The notes under the pieces were generated by a model. It was not told the DNA's origin. It ran no database searches and saw only the letters and a list, made by a program, of their open reading frames with translations. The translations under genes and the position numbers were made by a program. Positions 9,590 to 20,474 of a stretch of DNA of 64,000 bases are shown here, piece after piece. The DNA comes from Rhodospirillaceae bacterium (GTDB lineage Bacteria; Pseudomonadota; Alphaproteobacteria; MPNO01; UBA2964). The stretch covers positions 393,619-457,618 of the forward strand of contig PBIN01000014.1 of the NCBI GenBank assembly GCA_002720855.1, given 5' to 3'. The number at the start of each line of letters is the position of its first letter. The stretch's first letter is position 1.

Positions 9590-10510
9590 ATGGCGGATAT
9601 CTTGTTTAATAAAATTGCCTTTATTGGCATCGGGCTGATTGGTTCGTCCCTTGCGCGCGTAATTCGTCGTGATGGATTGGCGGATACTATTGTCGCCTGC
9701 GCGCGGACGGAACAAACCCGAAAAACGGCACTCGAACTTGATCTCGCTGATCACGTTACAGCGGATGTTGGCGAGGCGGTCACCGATGCCGATCTGGTCG
9801 TTATCTGTACACCTATAGGAGCCTACGGCGCTATTGCGGAAGCGATGTCAGCCTCGCTGAAACCAGGAGCCATCATATGCGATGTCGGATCGGTGAAACG
9901 GGCGGTGATTGATGCTGTTACACCCCATATCCCTGAAGGCGTGCATTTTGTTCCCTGCCATCCAATCGCCGGTACCGAAAATTCGGGACCCGAATCTGGC
10001 TTTGATACATTGTTTGAAGATCGATGGATGATCATAACCCCGGTCGCTGGGTCAAACGAAGAAGCGATTGAAAAGGTTGCTGATTTGTGGTGCCGAACGG
10101 GTAGTAAGATTGAACGAATGGATCCCGATCATCACGATCAGGTGTTGGCGATAACATCGCATGTCCCACACCTCATTGCATACACAATCGTTGGAACGGC
10201 AACTGACCTCGAAGATCGTTTGAAATCCGAGGTTGTAAAATTTGCTGCCAGCGGATTTCGCGATTTCACGCGTATCGCCGCATCCGACCCGGTAATGTGG
10301 CGGGATATTTTTCTCAATAACAAGGACGCTGTATTGGAGATGCTGGGGCGTTTGTCTGAAGATTTGAGCGGGCTCCAGAGGGCTATTCGGGACGGAGATG
10401 GCGATGGCCTTGAGGCATTATTCGCGCGGACGCGCGAAATTCGCCGCAGCGTGATTGAAGCGGGTCAGCACATACCGCCTAAACCCCCCGGTGATGATAT
10501 AAATGATTAG
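9590..10510 (+). CDS. tyrC: prephenate / arogenate (cyclohexadienyl) dehydrogenase
   Basis: N-terminal IAFIGIGLIGSSLA Rossmann motif. The hisC-tyrC synteny is conserved. Confidence 0.85.
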   Translation: MADILFNKIAFIGIGLIGSSLARVIRRDGLADTIVACARTEQTRKTALELDLADHVTADVGEAVTDADLVVICTPIGAYGAIAEAMSASLKPGAIICDVGSVKRAVIDAVTPHIPEGVHFVPCHPIAGTENSGPESGFDTLFEDRWMIITPVAGSNEEAIEKVADLWCRTGSKIERMDPDHHDQVLAITSHVPHLIAYTIVGTATDLEDRLKSEVVKFAASGFRDFTRIAASDPVMWRDIFLNNKDAVLEMLGRLSEDLSGLQRAIRDGDGDGLEALFARTREIRRSVIEAGQHIPPKPPGDDIND

Positions 10511-11571
10511 TCCCAAATAATTCTGGGCAACTTGATCAGTTTTACGGGTCCGACGTGCAGGTAGCCATCCTGGATTGTAAAAGACACCCCGATATACTCG
10601 CTCTTCCGATCTCCAGTGCTGTTTGCCAATGCTCGCAAAGCGAAGCGGGTGACCATTGCGGTACCCGGTTTGATAATTCCGGAATCAGCCAGTTGATCCA
10701 GCGTTTCACCGTACCCTGAAACTTTACCGCTCATGGCGACAATGGGCTGCAGATCGGAGTCCAAAGCCAGTGTTCCAGTTGCTGAAACATCCAGTTTGGA
10801 CCATCCAAGCTCAATCTTTGTCAGATCCAAGGAGCCACCACTATACGCCCAGTTGGAAAGGGCTTGTTTGAGCGTGTCGCCCTGTGCCGTGCCCAGAAAA
10901 TCAGCTGTAAGAGTTATCCGGCTAATCGTCTGACCTAAAGCGGGTTTAAGGTCTTTCGGCAGGGTTAAACCAAACAGTTCGGCATTTAGACTGAAGATGG
11001 GGGTTTGATGCGGCTTCGTATTTGACTGCCCTTGCTGGTCGAGATCCATCTGGGCATTGAGTTGTGTAAAACGATAAGTTTGAGCCAGTTTGGTTTCGAA
11101 ATTTGCCCCTTCGACGACGATACCAATGTTTTTGAGGTTGCCTTTATGAGCAAACAGCAAATCGCCATGACCAGCGCCAATGTCAATCCTATTGGCATCA
11201 ACCTCCCGTGCCGTACCATATCCGAGCCGGTGTTCACCTGAGGTATGAAATCCGATACGTCTAATGCTCCAGGGCCGCAAGTTAAGATCAATAAAAGGGC
11301 CCGACCAATGAAATGGCGCACCGCTTTTTTTGCTGCTGAGCATCGGTTCCTCGATGGTCATTTGCCACCGCCACGGAAAGCCGCTCCACGCCACCGATTT
11401 ATACTCGACGGTCCAGCCTTGTGCGCGTTGCGCCGCCGCCCAGTTCTCGATGCCGCGCTCAAACAGATGTGCTGCTGCGAACCATATGCCGGTATTGAGA
11501 GCGCCTAACCCTGCGAGGATCAATGCCGTCGCGATATATGTTTTGCGCCATCTGCTCAGTTCGAAAGCCAT
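10507..11571 (-). CDS. DUF2125-like conserved alphaproteobacterial membrane-anchored protein
   Basis: N-terminal transmembrane segment (YIATALILAGLGALNTGIWFAAAHLF) followed by a roughly 320-aa soluble domain. The assignment is from memory of the family. Confidence 0.5.
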   Translation of the reverse strand: MAFELSRWRKTYIATALILAGLGALNTGIWFAAAHLFERGIENWAAAQRAQGWTVEYKSVAWSGFPWRWQMTIEEPMLSSKKSGAPFHWSGPFIDLNLRPWSIRRIGFHTSGEHRLGYGTAREVDANRIDIGAGHGDLLFAHKGNLKNIGIVVEGANFETKLAQTYRFTQLNAQMDLDQQGQSNTKPHQTPIFSLNAELFGLTLPKDLKPALGQTISRITLTADFLGTAQGDTLKQALSNWAYSGGSLDLTKIELGWSKLDVSATGTLALDSDLQPIVAMSGKVSGYGETLDQLADSGIIKPGTAMVTRFALRALANSTGDRKSEYIGVSFTIQDGYLHVGPVKLIKLPRIIWD

Positions 11572-11667
11572 GCCTGTTTATAGGCATCCTGGGGAAGCCG
11601 GTCGAGGTTTGGATTGCTGGTCGCGAAGCAGTGGAAAGGTTACACTTGTTGGCCATTGAGTATCCTT

Positions 11668-12552
11668 ATGACACAAGAAAAACCTAAAGCACTTTCACCC
11701 GGCTGGATGGTAGCTGCATCCGGCTTGTTCATTTTCTTTTGGGCAAGCGGATTCGTCTCAGCCAAATTTGGTCTGCCATATGCAGAACCCTTCACCTTTT
11801 TGGCCCTTAGGTTTCTTGTGGCTCTGGTTGTGTTGGTTCCGCTAACGGTTTTCTGGCGGGTTCGTTGGCCAAAGACTCCCACCGCATTTATTCATGTGAT
11901 CGTGGCGGGCCTGCTCGTGCAAACGACTTATCTTACGGGGGTCTTTTACGGGATCTATTTTGGTTTATCGACCGGCGTGATGGCCCTCATCGTCGGACTT
12001 CAGCCGTTGATCACCGGATCGCTTGCCGCACCGTTGCTGGGAGAAAAAGTTACGTCAAAACAATGGCTTGGACTGGGAATGGGATTTGTCGGTCTTGGCC
12101 TCGTCGTTGCTGAGAAAGTGGAATTGGTTGGGCAGGGTGCATGGGCGGTTGCGTTCGCGGGTCTTGCGCTCATTGGAATTACAATCGGCACCATCTATCA
12201 AAAACGGTTCTGCGCGGAGGTCGATGCGCGCGCCGCTGTGACCGTCCAAAATGCGGCTTCCTTTGTTATTATTGGGTTTTTGGCTACTCAGATCGAGACC
12301 ATGGCCGTCGATTGGACAGGTGAGTTTATTTTCGCGCTGATCTGGTCAGGGGTCGGCCTTTCGGTGATTGCCATCGCTCTTTACTTTATACTCGTTCAGC
12401 GCGGTGCGGCGGCGCAGGTCACAAGTTTGATTTATTTAAGCCCGCCGACGACAGCCATAATGGGGTGGCTAATGTTCGGTGAAACATTTGCACTGATGGC
12501 ACTGATAGGCATGGCAATCGCCGTTGCCGGCGTCGCGATTGTAAACAGATGA
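11668..12552 (+). CDS. DMT-superfamily (EamA-like) transporter
   Basis: Ten predicted hydrophobic helices. The start is assumed at MTQEK; the ORF is open from 11614. Confidence 0.75.
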   Translation: MTQEKPKALSPGWMVAASGLFIFFWASGFVSAKFGLPYAEPFTFLALRFLVALVVLVPLTVFWRVRWPKTPTAFIHVIVAGLLVQTTYLTGVFYGIYFGLSTGVMALIVGLQPLITGSLAAPLLGEKVTSKQWLGLGMGFVGLGLVVAEKVELVGQGAWAVAFAGLALIGITIGTIYQKRFCAEVDARAAVTVQNAASFVIIGFLATQIETMAVDWTGEFIFALIWSGVGLSVIAIALYFILVQRGAAAQVTSLIYLSPPTTAIMGWLMFGETFALMALIGMAIAVAGVAIVNR

Positions 12553-12559
12553 AAATTGT

Positions 12560-13129
12560 ATGAAATCGCCCGACAAGGAAAACCGCCGGCGCATTATCGT
12601 CAACGAACTCGGTGATGTTTGGTTCTTCGCCTATGGCTCTTTGATGTGGAACACAGGTTTCACGCCAGCGGAAATACGAGAGGCCACGTTGAAAGGGTGG
12701 CATCGCCGTTTTTGTGTCTCCTCTATCATCTATCGCGGAACACCCGAACAGCCCGGCCTGTCACTCGGGTTGGATCGCGGAAGCGAGTGTCGTGGCCTGG
12801 CACTTCGTATTGCAGAGCGAGACCGCGACGAGGTGTTTGCCTATCTGGCTGACCGCGAAATGCCGGAGGAAATCTATAGTTGTCAAAGAGTTATGATTAC
12901 AATTGGCGACGAATCCGTGGTTGCCTACACATTCGTAGTTAATCGCGATCATGCACTATATGTCGCCGAGATGTCTCTTGAGGATATGGCGCGCCGGATC
13001 TCCCGCGGCCGCGGGAAGAACGGGCTGAATCGAGACTACTTGGCGTCGACGGTTGAGCATTTGGAACAGTTAGGCATGCCCGACGCAAATTTAGCCGAAA
13101 TTTTGACCCATGTTGAAAGGCTTGGTTAG
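12560..13129 (+). CDS. ChaC-like gamma-glutamylcyclotransferase
   Basis: YGSLMWN motif near the N-terminus; 189 aa. Confidence 0.7.
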   Translation: MKSPDKENRRRIIVNELGDVWFFAYGSLMWNTGFTPAEIREATLKGWHRRFCVSSIIYRGTPEQPGLSLGLDRGSECRGLALRIAERDRDEVFAYLADREMPEEIYSCQRVMITIGDESVVAYTFVVNRDHALYVAEMSLEDMARRISRGRGKNGLNRDYLASTVEHLEQLGMPDANLAEILTHVERLG

Positions 13130-13192
13130 CACCTGCTACCCCCGAGGTCAGAATTGCGGTAAAAATAGCTATCGAATTTGAGGGAGGAAAAT

Positions 13193-14056
13193 ATGAAGCT
13201 CGTGAGCTTTTACCATGATGGGCGGGAAGGTTATGGCGCTATTAAAGATGATGGCATCGTAGATCTGTCCGGCGTTATGTATCAGGAAACGCACTTTGCA
13301 AATCTCAAATGTGTATTGATGGCGGGTGCGGGTGCCCTGACATCGCTGAAAGCAAGTGTCGATGCCAGCGCAGCGACCTTTGGTCTGAGCGATATCACCT
13401 TTCGAATGCCAATTCACAATCCAAGCAAGATTTTTTGCGTAGGTCGAAATTACTACGCCTATCACGAAGTGATGGAAGACGGCCGTCCCGATTGGCCGAG
13501 TATTTTTCCCCGCTTCCGTGATTCTTTTTCCGCTCACGAAGAACCGATAATTCGTGGTTCGGACGATGGTGATCAACTCGATTATGAAGGCGAACTCGTC
13601 GTCGTTATTGGAAAGCAGGGACGTCACATCAACGAAGCAGATGCGATGTCCTATGTCGGCGGGTATACGATTGCCAATGAGGGCAGTGTCCGCAACTGGA
13701 TTGGGCGCGGTACGCAAAACTGCCCCGTTAAAAACCAGTGGCGCTCCGGCTCAATGGGTCCGTGGATTGTTACGGCGGACGAGATCGAAGACCCGATGAA
13801 ATTACAAATCGTGACGCGGGTGAATGGCGAGGAACGTCAGAATGGCGGCACCGACATGATGATCTTCGATATTCCGTTCGTGATTTCCTATATCTCGCGC
13901 TTCACTCAACTGGAGCCGGGTGATCTGATTTGTACCGGCAGTCCCGGCGGATCGGCGATTGAACATGATCCTCCCGGTTATCTTAAGCCAGGTGATCACC
14001 TTGAAGTGCAAATTGATGGGGTAGGGTTGCTGCAGAACCCGGTTGAAGCGGAGTAG
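13193..14056 (+). CDS. fumarylacetoacetate hydrolase (FAH) family protein
   Basis: GAGGGAGG lies 5 nt upstream of the ATG at 13193. FAH-fold motifs are present (DYEGELVVVIG; a C-terminal GDLICTGSPGG-like region). Confidence 0.8.
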   Translation: MKLVSFYHDGREGYGAIKDDGIVDLSGVMYQETHFANLKCVLMAGAGALTSLKASVDASAATFGLSDITFRMPIHNPSKIFCVGRNYYAYHEVMEDGRPDWPSIFPRFRDSFSAHEEPIIRGSDDGDQLDYEGELVVVIGKQGRHINEADAMSYVGGYTIANEGSVRNWIGRGTQNCPVKNQWRSGSMGPWIVTADEIEDPMKLQIVTRVNGEERQNGGTDMMIFDIPFVISYISRFTQLEPGDLICTGSPGGSAIEHDPPGYLKPGDHLEVQIDGVGLLQNPVEAE

Positions 14057-14068
14057 TCGTTTTCTGCG

Positions 14069-16408
14069 TCACCCGCACTTGCTATGGCCGCAGGAGGTGC
14101 AGAGATCGCAGCCTTCCTGACGGATCATTGCGGCTTCGCCGCATTTCGGGCATTGGTGAGGTACGATTCGGCGGGTTTTCGCTTCATTGCTTGCTGAAGC
14201 TCCACCGCCTCCTTCCGCAGCAAGCGCTGCTTGCGCTGTTTCGGCTTCCCCGGGACGCGGTAGAAATCCGATATCGATCATATGACGTTCTATGACACCA
14301 CCGATCGCTGCCAGTAACGAGGGGACATATTTTCCCTCAAACCATTGGCCGCCGCGAGGATCAAACACGGCCTTGAGCTCCTCCACCACAAAAGATACAT
14401 CGCCACCGCGCCGGAAGACAGCACTGATCATGCGCGTCAGTGCGACCGTCCAGGCGTAATGTTCCATGTTTTTTGAATTAATGAAGACCTCAAAAGGCCG
14501 GCGCCTTCCATCCTGAATAATGTCATTGATCGTGATGTAAATGGCGTGTTCGCTTTCCGCCCATTTGATTTTATAGGTTTGACCCGGCAATTCTTCCGGC
14601 CGATTGAGCGGCTGTGTCATGTATACGACACCACCTGAATCGAGATCGTCTTTTGGTTTGGCGGGCGGCGCATCCAACGGAAGTTCGGCCTGCGAGGCAA
14701 CATTTTCCGAACTCTCGGATTTTTCAAGGACCGCCCCGGTAATCTCATTGGGCCGATAGGTCGTGCACCCTTTGCAGCCAAGCGCATAGGCCTCTTGATA
14801 AACTTCTTTGAAAGCGTCGAAATCCAAGGCTTCCGGACAATTGATAGTCTTTGAGATCGAGCTATCGATATGTTCCTGAACAGCCGCCTGCATAACCAGG
14901 TGGTCATGCGGGGAAAGCGCTTCTGCGTCGACGAAATAGTCCGGGAGGGACGTCATTTCACCAAATATTGTGCGATGAAGCCGCCAGGCGTAATCCGATA
15001 CTTCTTCGGCCTCACGCGTACCATCCGGCATCAGCACATTACGGGTATAGCTATAGGCGAAAACCGGCTCGATACCCGACGTAACGTTATCTGCGAAAAT
15101 CGATATCGTGCCCGTTGGGGCGATAGAGGTCAGCAATGCATTTCGAATTCCATGCTCGGCAATGGCTTGTTGGACGTCGCTATCCAGCGTCTTGATGTGG
15201 CGTCCTGCGGCAAATTTCTCAGCGTCAAAGAGCGGGAACGAACCTTTCTCAGCCGCAATTTCTATCGATGCCAGATAGGCGTGGCGCTCTATAGCTGCCG
15301 ACCATTCTTTTGCCAGCGCAACCGCTTCTGCCGAGCCATAACGCGCCCGGCACATGATCAAAGCATCTCCAAGACCCGTGATACCGAGCCCGATCCGGCG
15401 TTTTGCACGCGCTTCCCGGGCTTGCGACTCAAGCGGAAAGTTTGAGACGTCCACGACGTTATCCATCATGCGAACCGCAACCGGCACTAAATTAGCCAGC
15501 TCGTCCAGATCAAGGTGTGCAGCTTCGGAGAAAGGTTCCCTTACGAGCCGTGCTAGATTGATAGAGCCGAGCAAGCAAGCGCCGTAGGGCGGCAAAGGCT
15601 GTTCACCGCATGGATTAGTTGCGCTTATATCTTCGCAATAGGCGAGGTTGTTTTGCTCGTTGATCCGGTCAATGAAAATTACGCCGGGCTCTGCATAGGC
15701 GTAGGTCGCCTGCATAATCTTGTCCCAGAGATCTCGTGCTGGAACAGTTCGGTAGTTTTGACCGTCGAATTTCAAATCCCAGGGGGCGCCCTGTTCCACT
15801 GCTTCCATAAACGGGTCGGTAACCAGAACCGAAAGGTTGAACATCCTTAGGCGGCCTGGTTCCCTCTTGGCTTCGATAAATGCCTCAATGTCTGGATGGT
15901 CGCAGCGCATCGTTGCCATCATTGCACCCCGCCGGGAACCTGCACTCATGATCGTGCGGCACATTGAATCCCAGACATCCATGAATGAAAGCGGGCCCGA
16001 CGCATCGGCGCCTACACCGCGGACAAGCGCTCCTTTGGGGCGCAGGGTGGAGAAGTCATATCCGATACCGCCTCCCTGCTGTAGCGTCAGCGCAGCTTCT
16101 TTCAAATGATCGAAAATGCCTGCCATATCATCGGGAACGGTTCCCATGACAAAGCAGTTGAATAGGGTGACCTGCCGGGCGGTTCCGGCACCGGCAATGA
16201 TCCGTCCGGCAGGCAGAAATTTAAAATCTTCGAGCGCTTTATAGAACCGGTCTTGCCACACATCCGGGTTTTGCTCAGGCGCTGACAAGGCGGCGGCTAT
16301 ACGGCGCCACGTATCTTCTATTGTTTTGTCGTGAACTGTGCCATCCGGTTCCTTGAACCGGTATTTCATGTCCCATATTTGTTGGGAAATTGATGAGATG
16401 GCGGTCAT
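14069..16408 (-). CDS. nrdJ: adenosylcobalamin-dependent (class II) ribonucleotide reductase
   Basis: Motifs FNCFV, NPCGEQPL and LGSINLARLV. The C-terminal Cys-rich tail reads HQCPKCG...CDLCTSCGHSKCG; 779 aa. Confidence 0.9.
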   Translation of the reverse strand: MTAISSISQQIWDMKYRFKEPDGTVHDKTIEDTWRRIAAALSAPEQNPDVWQDRFYKALEDFKFLPAGRIIAGAGTARQVTLFNCFVMGTVPDDMAGIFDHLKEAALTLQQGGGIGYDFSTLRPKGALVRGVGADASGPLSFMDVWDSMCRTIMSAGSRRGAMMATMRCDHPDIEAFIEAKREPGRLRMFNLSVLVTDPFMEAVEQGAPWDLKFDGQNYRTVPARDLWDKIMQATYAYAEPGVIFIDRINEQNNLAYCEDISATNPCGEQPLPPYGACLLGSINLARLVREPFSEAAHLDLDELANLVPVAVRMMDNVVDVSNFPLESQAREARAKRRIGLGITGLGDALIMCRARYGSAEAVALAKEWSAAIERHAYLASIEIAAEKGSFPLFDAEKFAAGRHIKTLDSDVQQAIAEHGIRNALLTSIAPTGTISIFADNVTSGIEPVFAYSYTRNVLMPDGTREAEEVSDYAWRLHRTIFGEMTSLPDYFVDAEALSPHDHLVMQAAVQEHIDSSISKTINCPEALDFDAFKEVYQEAYALGCKGCTTYRPNEITGAVLEKSESSENVASQAELPLDAPPAKPKDDLDSGGVVYMTQPLNRPEELPGQTYKIKWAESEHAIYITINDIIQDGRRRPFEVFINSKNMEHYAWTVALTRMISAVFRRGGDVSFVVEELKAVFDPRGGQWFEGKYVPSLLAAIGGVIERHMIDIGFLPRPGEAETAQAALAAEGGGGASASNEAKTRRIVPHQCPKCGEAAMIRQEGCDLCTSCGHSKCG

Positions 16409-16636
16409 GCAGCTGCCCCGTAGAATTCTCTGTCAGTGTTTCACGTAAGTGGGGCCACCTACAATATCAACAACCGAAACCTAACTCAATGTTCTTGTTA
16501 TGTTCAATATCTGCGAAGGACGAAAAAGTTGTGCGACGGGCAGGGTTTTGGCATCAAATTATCCACAATAAGACATTTTGAGCGCAACTTATCCCCAGTT
16601 TTCACGATTCTCACATTCAAATTCCGTCCTTTAGGG

Positions 16637-17356
16637 CTATTCACCGTGTTCGGGGCTGCAAAGGTCCGCTTGCGCCGCTTCTAGGTCCGTTTCAAGACGC
16701 CTCATAAACTCTTTTCTGGGCAGTCCCGGCGGAATTGGAGGCAGGAAACGTAATGTAATCACTCCCTGTCGCCGGATGAGTCGACGCCTTGGCCAAAATA
16801 GACCTGAGTTCAGAGCAACCGGTACGACCGGGACCTTAAGGTCATTATAAAGCGCTGCGACACCACTCTGATAAACGCCTTTTTCTCCGGGCGGCATTCT
16901 TGTGCCTTCTGGAAAAATAACGACAGGACGGCCTTTTTCGATGGCTTTTCTTGCCTCACGAAGCATTTGGCGGATGGCGGCACCACCTGCTCCACGGTCA
17001 ATGCCTATAGAGCCGTATTTTTTTGCATACCAACCAAAAAACGGGAGCCAAAAGAGTTCCCGTTTTAAAACAATCACCGAATCTTCGACTTCATAAGGAA
17101 AAAACAGTGTGTCCCATACGGATTGATGTTTCGAAGCGTAAAGGACAGGACCGTTCGGAATCTGATCGGCCCCTTCAATCCGATAGGTTAAACCGCACGT
17201 AGTCCGGAGTAACCAGTAGACCGATTTCGTCCAGAACTTGGCGATAAATTTACTGGCCCAAAACGGCAGTATCAGTGATGGCAGGAACGCGAAGCACATG
17301 AGAAACGCCCAAATGCCGTACAGACCCTGATAAAGGAGAGACCGCGCCATGGTCAT
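16637..17356 (-). CDS. plsC: 1-acyl-sn-glycerol-3-phosphate acyltransferase
   Basis: HX4D motif (KHQSVWD) and the FPEGTR motif. Confidence 0.8.
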   Translation of the reverse strand: MTMARSLLYQGLYGIWAFLMCFAFLPSLILPFWASKFIAKFWTKSVYWLLRTTCGLTYRIEGADQIPNGPVLYASKHQSVWDTLFFPYEVEDSVIVLKRELFWLPFFGWYAKKYGSIGIDRGAGGAAIRQMLREARKAIEKGRPVVIFPEGTRMPPGEKGVYQSGVAALYNDLKVPVVPVALNSGLFWPRRRLIRRQGVITLRFLPPIPPGLPRKEFMRRLETDLEAAQADLCSPEHGE

Positions 17357-17994
17357 GGTTTGAGACCATCCGGAATATAGCCTTGTTCAAGTCCGGTTTT
17401 GGCTATCAAAAATTTGTTGAACTCGCTTGCAAGCAATTGTGCCGTCCCTGGCCAACGCCACCAATTCTCCCGTTTGAACTGGGGTGGAAAAACCGGATGG
17501 GGCAGGATCTTGATGTCCGGCATCGCACGGCGAAATTCGAACAGGCTTCTCGGCATATGATAATTTGCCGTGACAAGCCTCAGAGAACTCAATTTATTTT
17601 TTGTGATCCACTCCGTAGTTTCATGTGCATTTCCCGCGGTATTATCCGCTTGATAGCCGACGGCAATACAACAGGCGAAATCATTCGGTTTACGCCGTAC
17701 AAGACGAAGCAAGGCCTGCACATCGACGCCACGCGCCACACCGGAAACAAAAAGCAACCTGGCGTGCCCTTCGGATAGAAGCTGAAGGCCGGTTTCCAAT
17801 CGGCCAGTGCCTCCCGTAAGCACGATGATTGCATCAGTTTTTGTTTCGTCATTCGTCGGGTTTTTCGGTACTTCGCTTACAAACCAAATCAATCCGAATA
17901 TCCAAATCAGGCAAATGAAAAGAATTCCCGAAACCAGGCGCAATATAATCCGTTTGCCGCGGCCCCTTGAGGATCGCCGGAACCGAGTGCTCAT
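17353..17994 (-). CDS. YdcF/ElyC (DUF218) family protein
   Basis: IIVLTGGTGRLETGLQLL...LLFVSG pattern with an N-terminal TM helix. There is a 4-nt overlap with plsC. Confidence 0.65.
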   Translation of the reverse strand: MSTRFRRSSRGRGKRIILRLVSGILFICLIWIFGLIWFVSEVPKNPTNDETKTDAIIVLTGGTGRLETGLQLLSEGHARLLFVSGVARGVDVQALLRLVRRKPNDFACCIAVGYQADNTAGNAHETTEWITKNKLSSLRLVTANYHMPRSLFEFRRAMPDIKILPHPVFPPQFKRENWWRWPGTAQLLASEFNKFLIAKTGLEQGYIPDGLKP

Positions 17995-18881
17995 GGCATG
18001 CGTCCCAGTGCCCGCAGCACGGTATACCGCGCAGTTATCGTACTAATCGCGGCCGCAACCAACGCAACAGCGATTATGCCGGTCCACTGCAAAAAGTCTA
18101 AAGAGGCTGGTGGTAGAAGAGACGATTCTACGTTCTGCCACAAGGAACCCAATATCCACAAAGTGATCAAAGCCAATGCAACGCCGGCAACACCTCCCTT
18201 GAGCCCAAGGAACATCGCATGCCGATGAAACTGATCCGCAACAAATTCATCTCTGGCGCCCATGACATGCAGCAGCTCAATTACGTCGCGGTGGATGGTT
18301 AGACTCGTACGTGTGGCAAATACGACCGTTGCTATTCCTGCAACACTGATCAGGATCAGTATTGCAAACGCAATTGCTTCAATCGCGCTGGCGAGCGCGA
18401 TCAGCTTATCCAGCCACACGCCATGATCGTCCACCTGCGTTCCGCTGATCTCCTTATTTAAGCGCTCCCACAAAGCTGCGACATCGAAGTCTACGCCCTG
18501 TTTGAGTTTTACATCGATCAATCTCGGTATCGGCAGTCCCAATGTTTCAGTTAACAGGTCCCTGCCGAGCCACGGTGCCAGTAAGTCCGAAATTTGATTT
18601 AAGGGAACGGGTTTCGCGGAGACGATACCCGGTGTTGCGCGTATGATTCTCAACGCACTTTGAACCCGCAATTCGGTCGTAATTTTGTGGTCATCGGGCG
18701 CCGCCGCGATTTGGACTGTAAGGGTGCCTGTAAGAGTATTCCGCCACTGGTCTCCGAATGACGACAACACTAATACGGCAGCAAGGGCCAAAGCAGCTAA
18801 CCACACCATAAATGCAATCAGCCAGGGCAGAAAGCGGCTTGAGGCGTCACGGGCGAGTGGGATTACAGTAGCGTTTGCCAT
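17991..18881 (-). CDS. ftsX: cell-division ABC transporter permease FtsX
   Basis: Four C-terminal TM helices, immediately downstream of ftsE. The start is chosen at MANATV (4 nt after the ftsE stop); the ORF track extends to 18947. Confidence 0.75.
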   Translation of the reverse strand: MANATVIPLARDASSRFLPWLIAFMVWLAALALAAVLVLSSFGDQWRNTLTGTLTVQIAAAPDDHKITTELRVQSALRIIRATPGIVSAKPVPLNQISDLLAPWLGRDLLTETLGLPIPRLIDVKLKQGVDFDVAALWERLNKEISGTQVDDHGVWLDKLIALASAIEAIAFAILILISVAGIATVVFATRTSLTIHRDVIELLHVMGARDEFVADQFHRHAMFLGLKGGVAGVALALITLWILGSLWQNVESSLLPPASLDFLQWTGIIAVALVAAAISTITARYTVLRALGRMP

Positions 18882-18885
18882 AGTA

Positions 18886-19614
18886 TTATTCGTCCCGCTC
18901 AAGCTCGGAGTCGTCATCGGAAACGACCTCGCCGCTGGAAAAATCATTTAATTCACCATCGGCGAGATGCAGGCGCGGATGAGGAAATTCGTTCACCAAT
19001 GATTCGTTATGGGTGGCAAACACCACGGTTGTTCCAATTTTGTTTAGCTCCTCAAACAGGTGCATCAGCCTCTTTGCAATATGATCGTCAACATTCCCCG
19101 TAGGCTCATCCGCCAAGAGCAGTTTCGGTCGGGCGATTACGGCGCGGGCGATAGCAACCCGCTGTTTCTGGCCGCCTGATAATGTTGGCGGCCGGGCAGC
19201 GATGTGATCTGAAAGACCAACCCAGCTCAAAAGTTCGGGAACGTGTTCTTGAATTTGCTCTTCACTGGCACCGGCGACCCGCAAAGGTAGCGCAACATTC
19301 TCCATCGCTGTGAGATGATCAATCAGCCGGAAATCCTGGAACACGACGCCAACCCGTCTGCGTAATGCCGGGAGTTCACGACGTGGCGTCGATGCGATGT
19401 CATGACCGAACAGTGAAATCAGTCCGCGCGAGGGGGGATTCGCTAGGTACATGAGACGTAGCAGGGATGATTTACCTGCGCCGCTGGCACCCGTTAAATA
19501 GTGAAAGCGCCCTTCCTCCAGACGAAGGGAAACGTCATGGAGAATTTCCGGGCCCACACCATACCGGACGCCAACGTTCTGAAACCGTATTACGTCACCG
19601 CCGCCTTGCACCAT
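18886..19614 (-). CDS. ftsE: cell-division ATP-binding protein FtsE
   Basis: Walker A (GASGAGKSS), ABC signature (LSGGQKQR) and Walker B (LLLADEPT). Confidence 0.9.
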   Translation of the reverse strand: MVQGGGDVIRFQNVGVRYGVGPEILHDVSLRLEEGRFHYLTGASGAGKSSLLRLMYLANPPSRGLISLFGHDIASTPRRELPALRRRVGVVFQDFRLIDHLTAMENVALPLRVAGASEEQIQEHVPELLSWVGLSDHIAARPPTLSGGQKQRVAIARAVIARPKLLLADEPTGNVDDHIAKRLMHLFEELNKIGTTVVFATHNESLVNEFPHPRLHLADGELNDFSSGEVVSDDDSELERDE

Positions 19615-19806
19615 TTTTGTCCATTGCGCCCATCATAAACAGAGCATGGCACAGGGGCTGTTAACGCGTCCAGCGCACTCCAAGCCGTGACTCTGGAGCC
19701 CCCACCTTGCTTGCCATTATTATAGCGAAACCGTATACAACGACCTAGTACGGGGAGACGGGTGTAAGCATTCGTCAAAATACCAACAGGCACCAATTCG
19801 GGCGAT

Positions 19807-20466
19807 ATGATAGTTACCTGTCCTGAATGTAAAACGCGCTATGGGGTTGATGCTGCCGCAATCGGCCCGTCTGGCCGTACCGTAAGATGCAGTCGCTGCA
19901 GCTATAGCTGGGTGCAGCGCCAGCCTGATAATTTGCCGCCGCCCGAACCATCAACGATTCCACCGCGGCTGGAAGGCAGCCGTCGAGCCCGCCCGCCCGG
20001 TACAAATTTACCGACACTGTCCCGGAACAAGAAAAGTAAAGCGCCAGCAATTCTATGGACGCTCGTAATTCTTGTGCTCGCCGGCATGGTAACGGGGGCG
20101 ATCCTGAAACGGGAAATGATTATGGAACGGGTGCCGGCGACGATACTTGCTTATGAGACGTTAGGCCTCGTTTTGCCACCGGGTGCTGGATTTTCAATTG
20201 AGAATCAGCGGATCCGGGCGGTACAAAAAAATGGAAAAAGGGCTGTACGTATTGAGGGCGATATCGTCAATAATTCAGGAAAAGCCGCCAAGGTTCCTAA
20301 AATGCTTGGTGTTATTGAGGATAATTCAAAAAGGGTATTGAAACGATGGCGTTTTAATCCGCCACTGCCGAAGCTTCTCAATAAGGAAAGAGCGAAGTTT
20401 GCTACTGAAGTAGTTCCTCCCAAAGGGAGCGTAAATTATACGATTACGTTTGATCAGAGGCGGTAG
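19807..20466 (+). CDS. MJ0042-type zinc-ribbon / DUF3426-like membrane protein
   Basis: N-terminal CPECKTRY...CSRCSYSW zinc ribbon, one TM helix and a C-terminal beta-rich domain. It is conserved divergent from ftsEX. Confidence 0.65.
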   Translation: MIVTCPECKTRYGVDAAAIGPSGRTVRCSRCSYSWVQRQPDNLPPPEPSTIPPRLEGSRRARPPGTNLPTLSRNKKSKAPAILWTLVILVLAGMVTGAILKREMIMERVPATILAYETLGLVLPPGAGFSIENQRIRAVQKNGKRAVRIEGDIVNNSGKAAKVPKMLGVIEDNSKRVLKRWRFNPPLPKLLNKERAKFATEVVPPKGSVNYTITFDQRR

Positions 20467-20474
20467 GCATACGG

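Noticed and set aside
18882-18947. 62-nt overlap between ftsE and the long ftsX ORF.
   Set aside because: An internal ATG (MANATV) 4 nt after the ftsE stop gives a normal-length FtsX.
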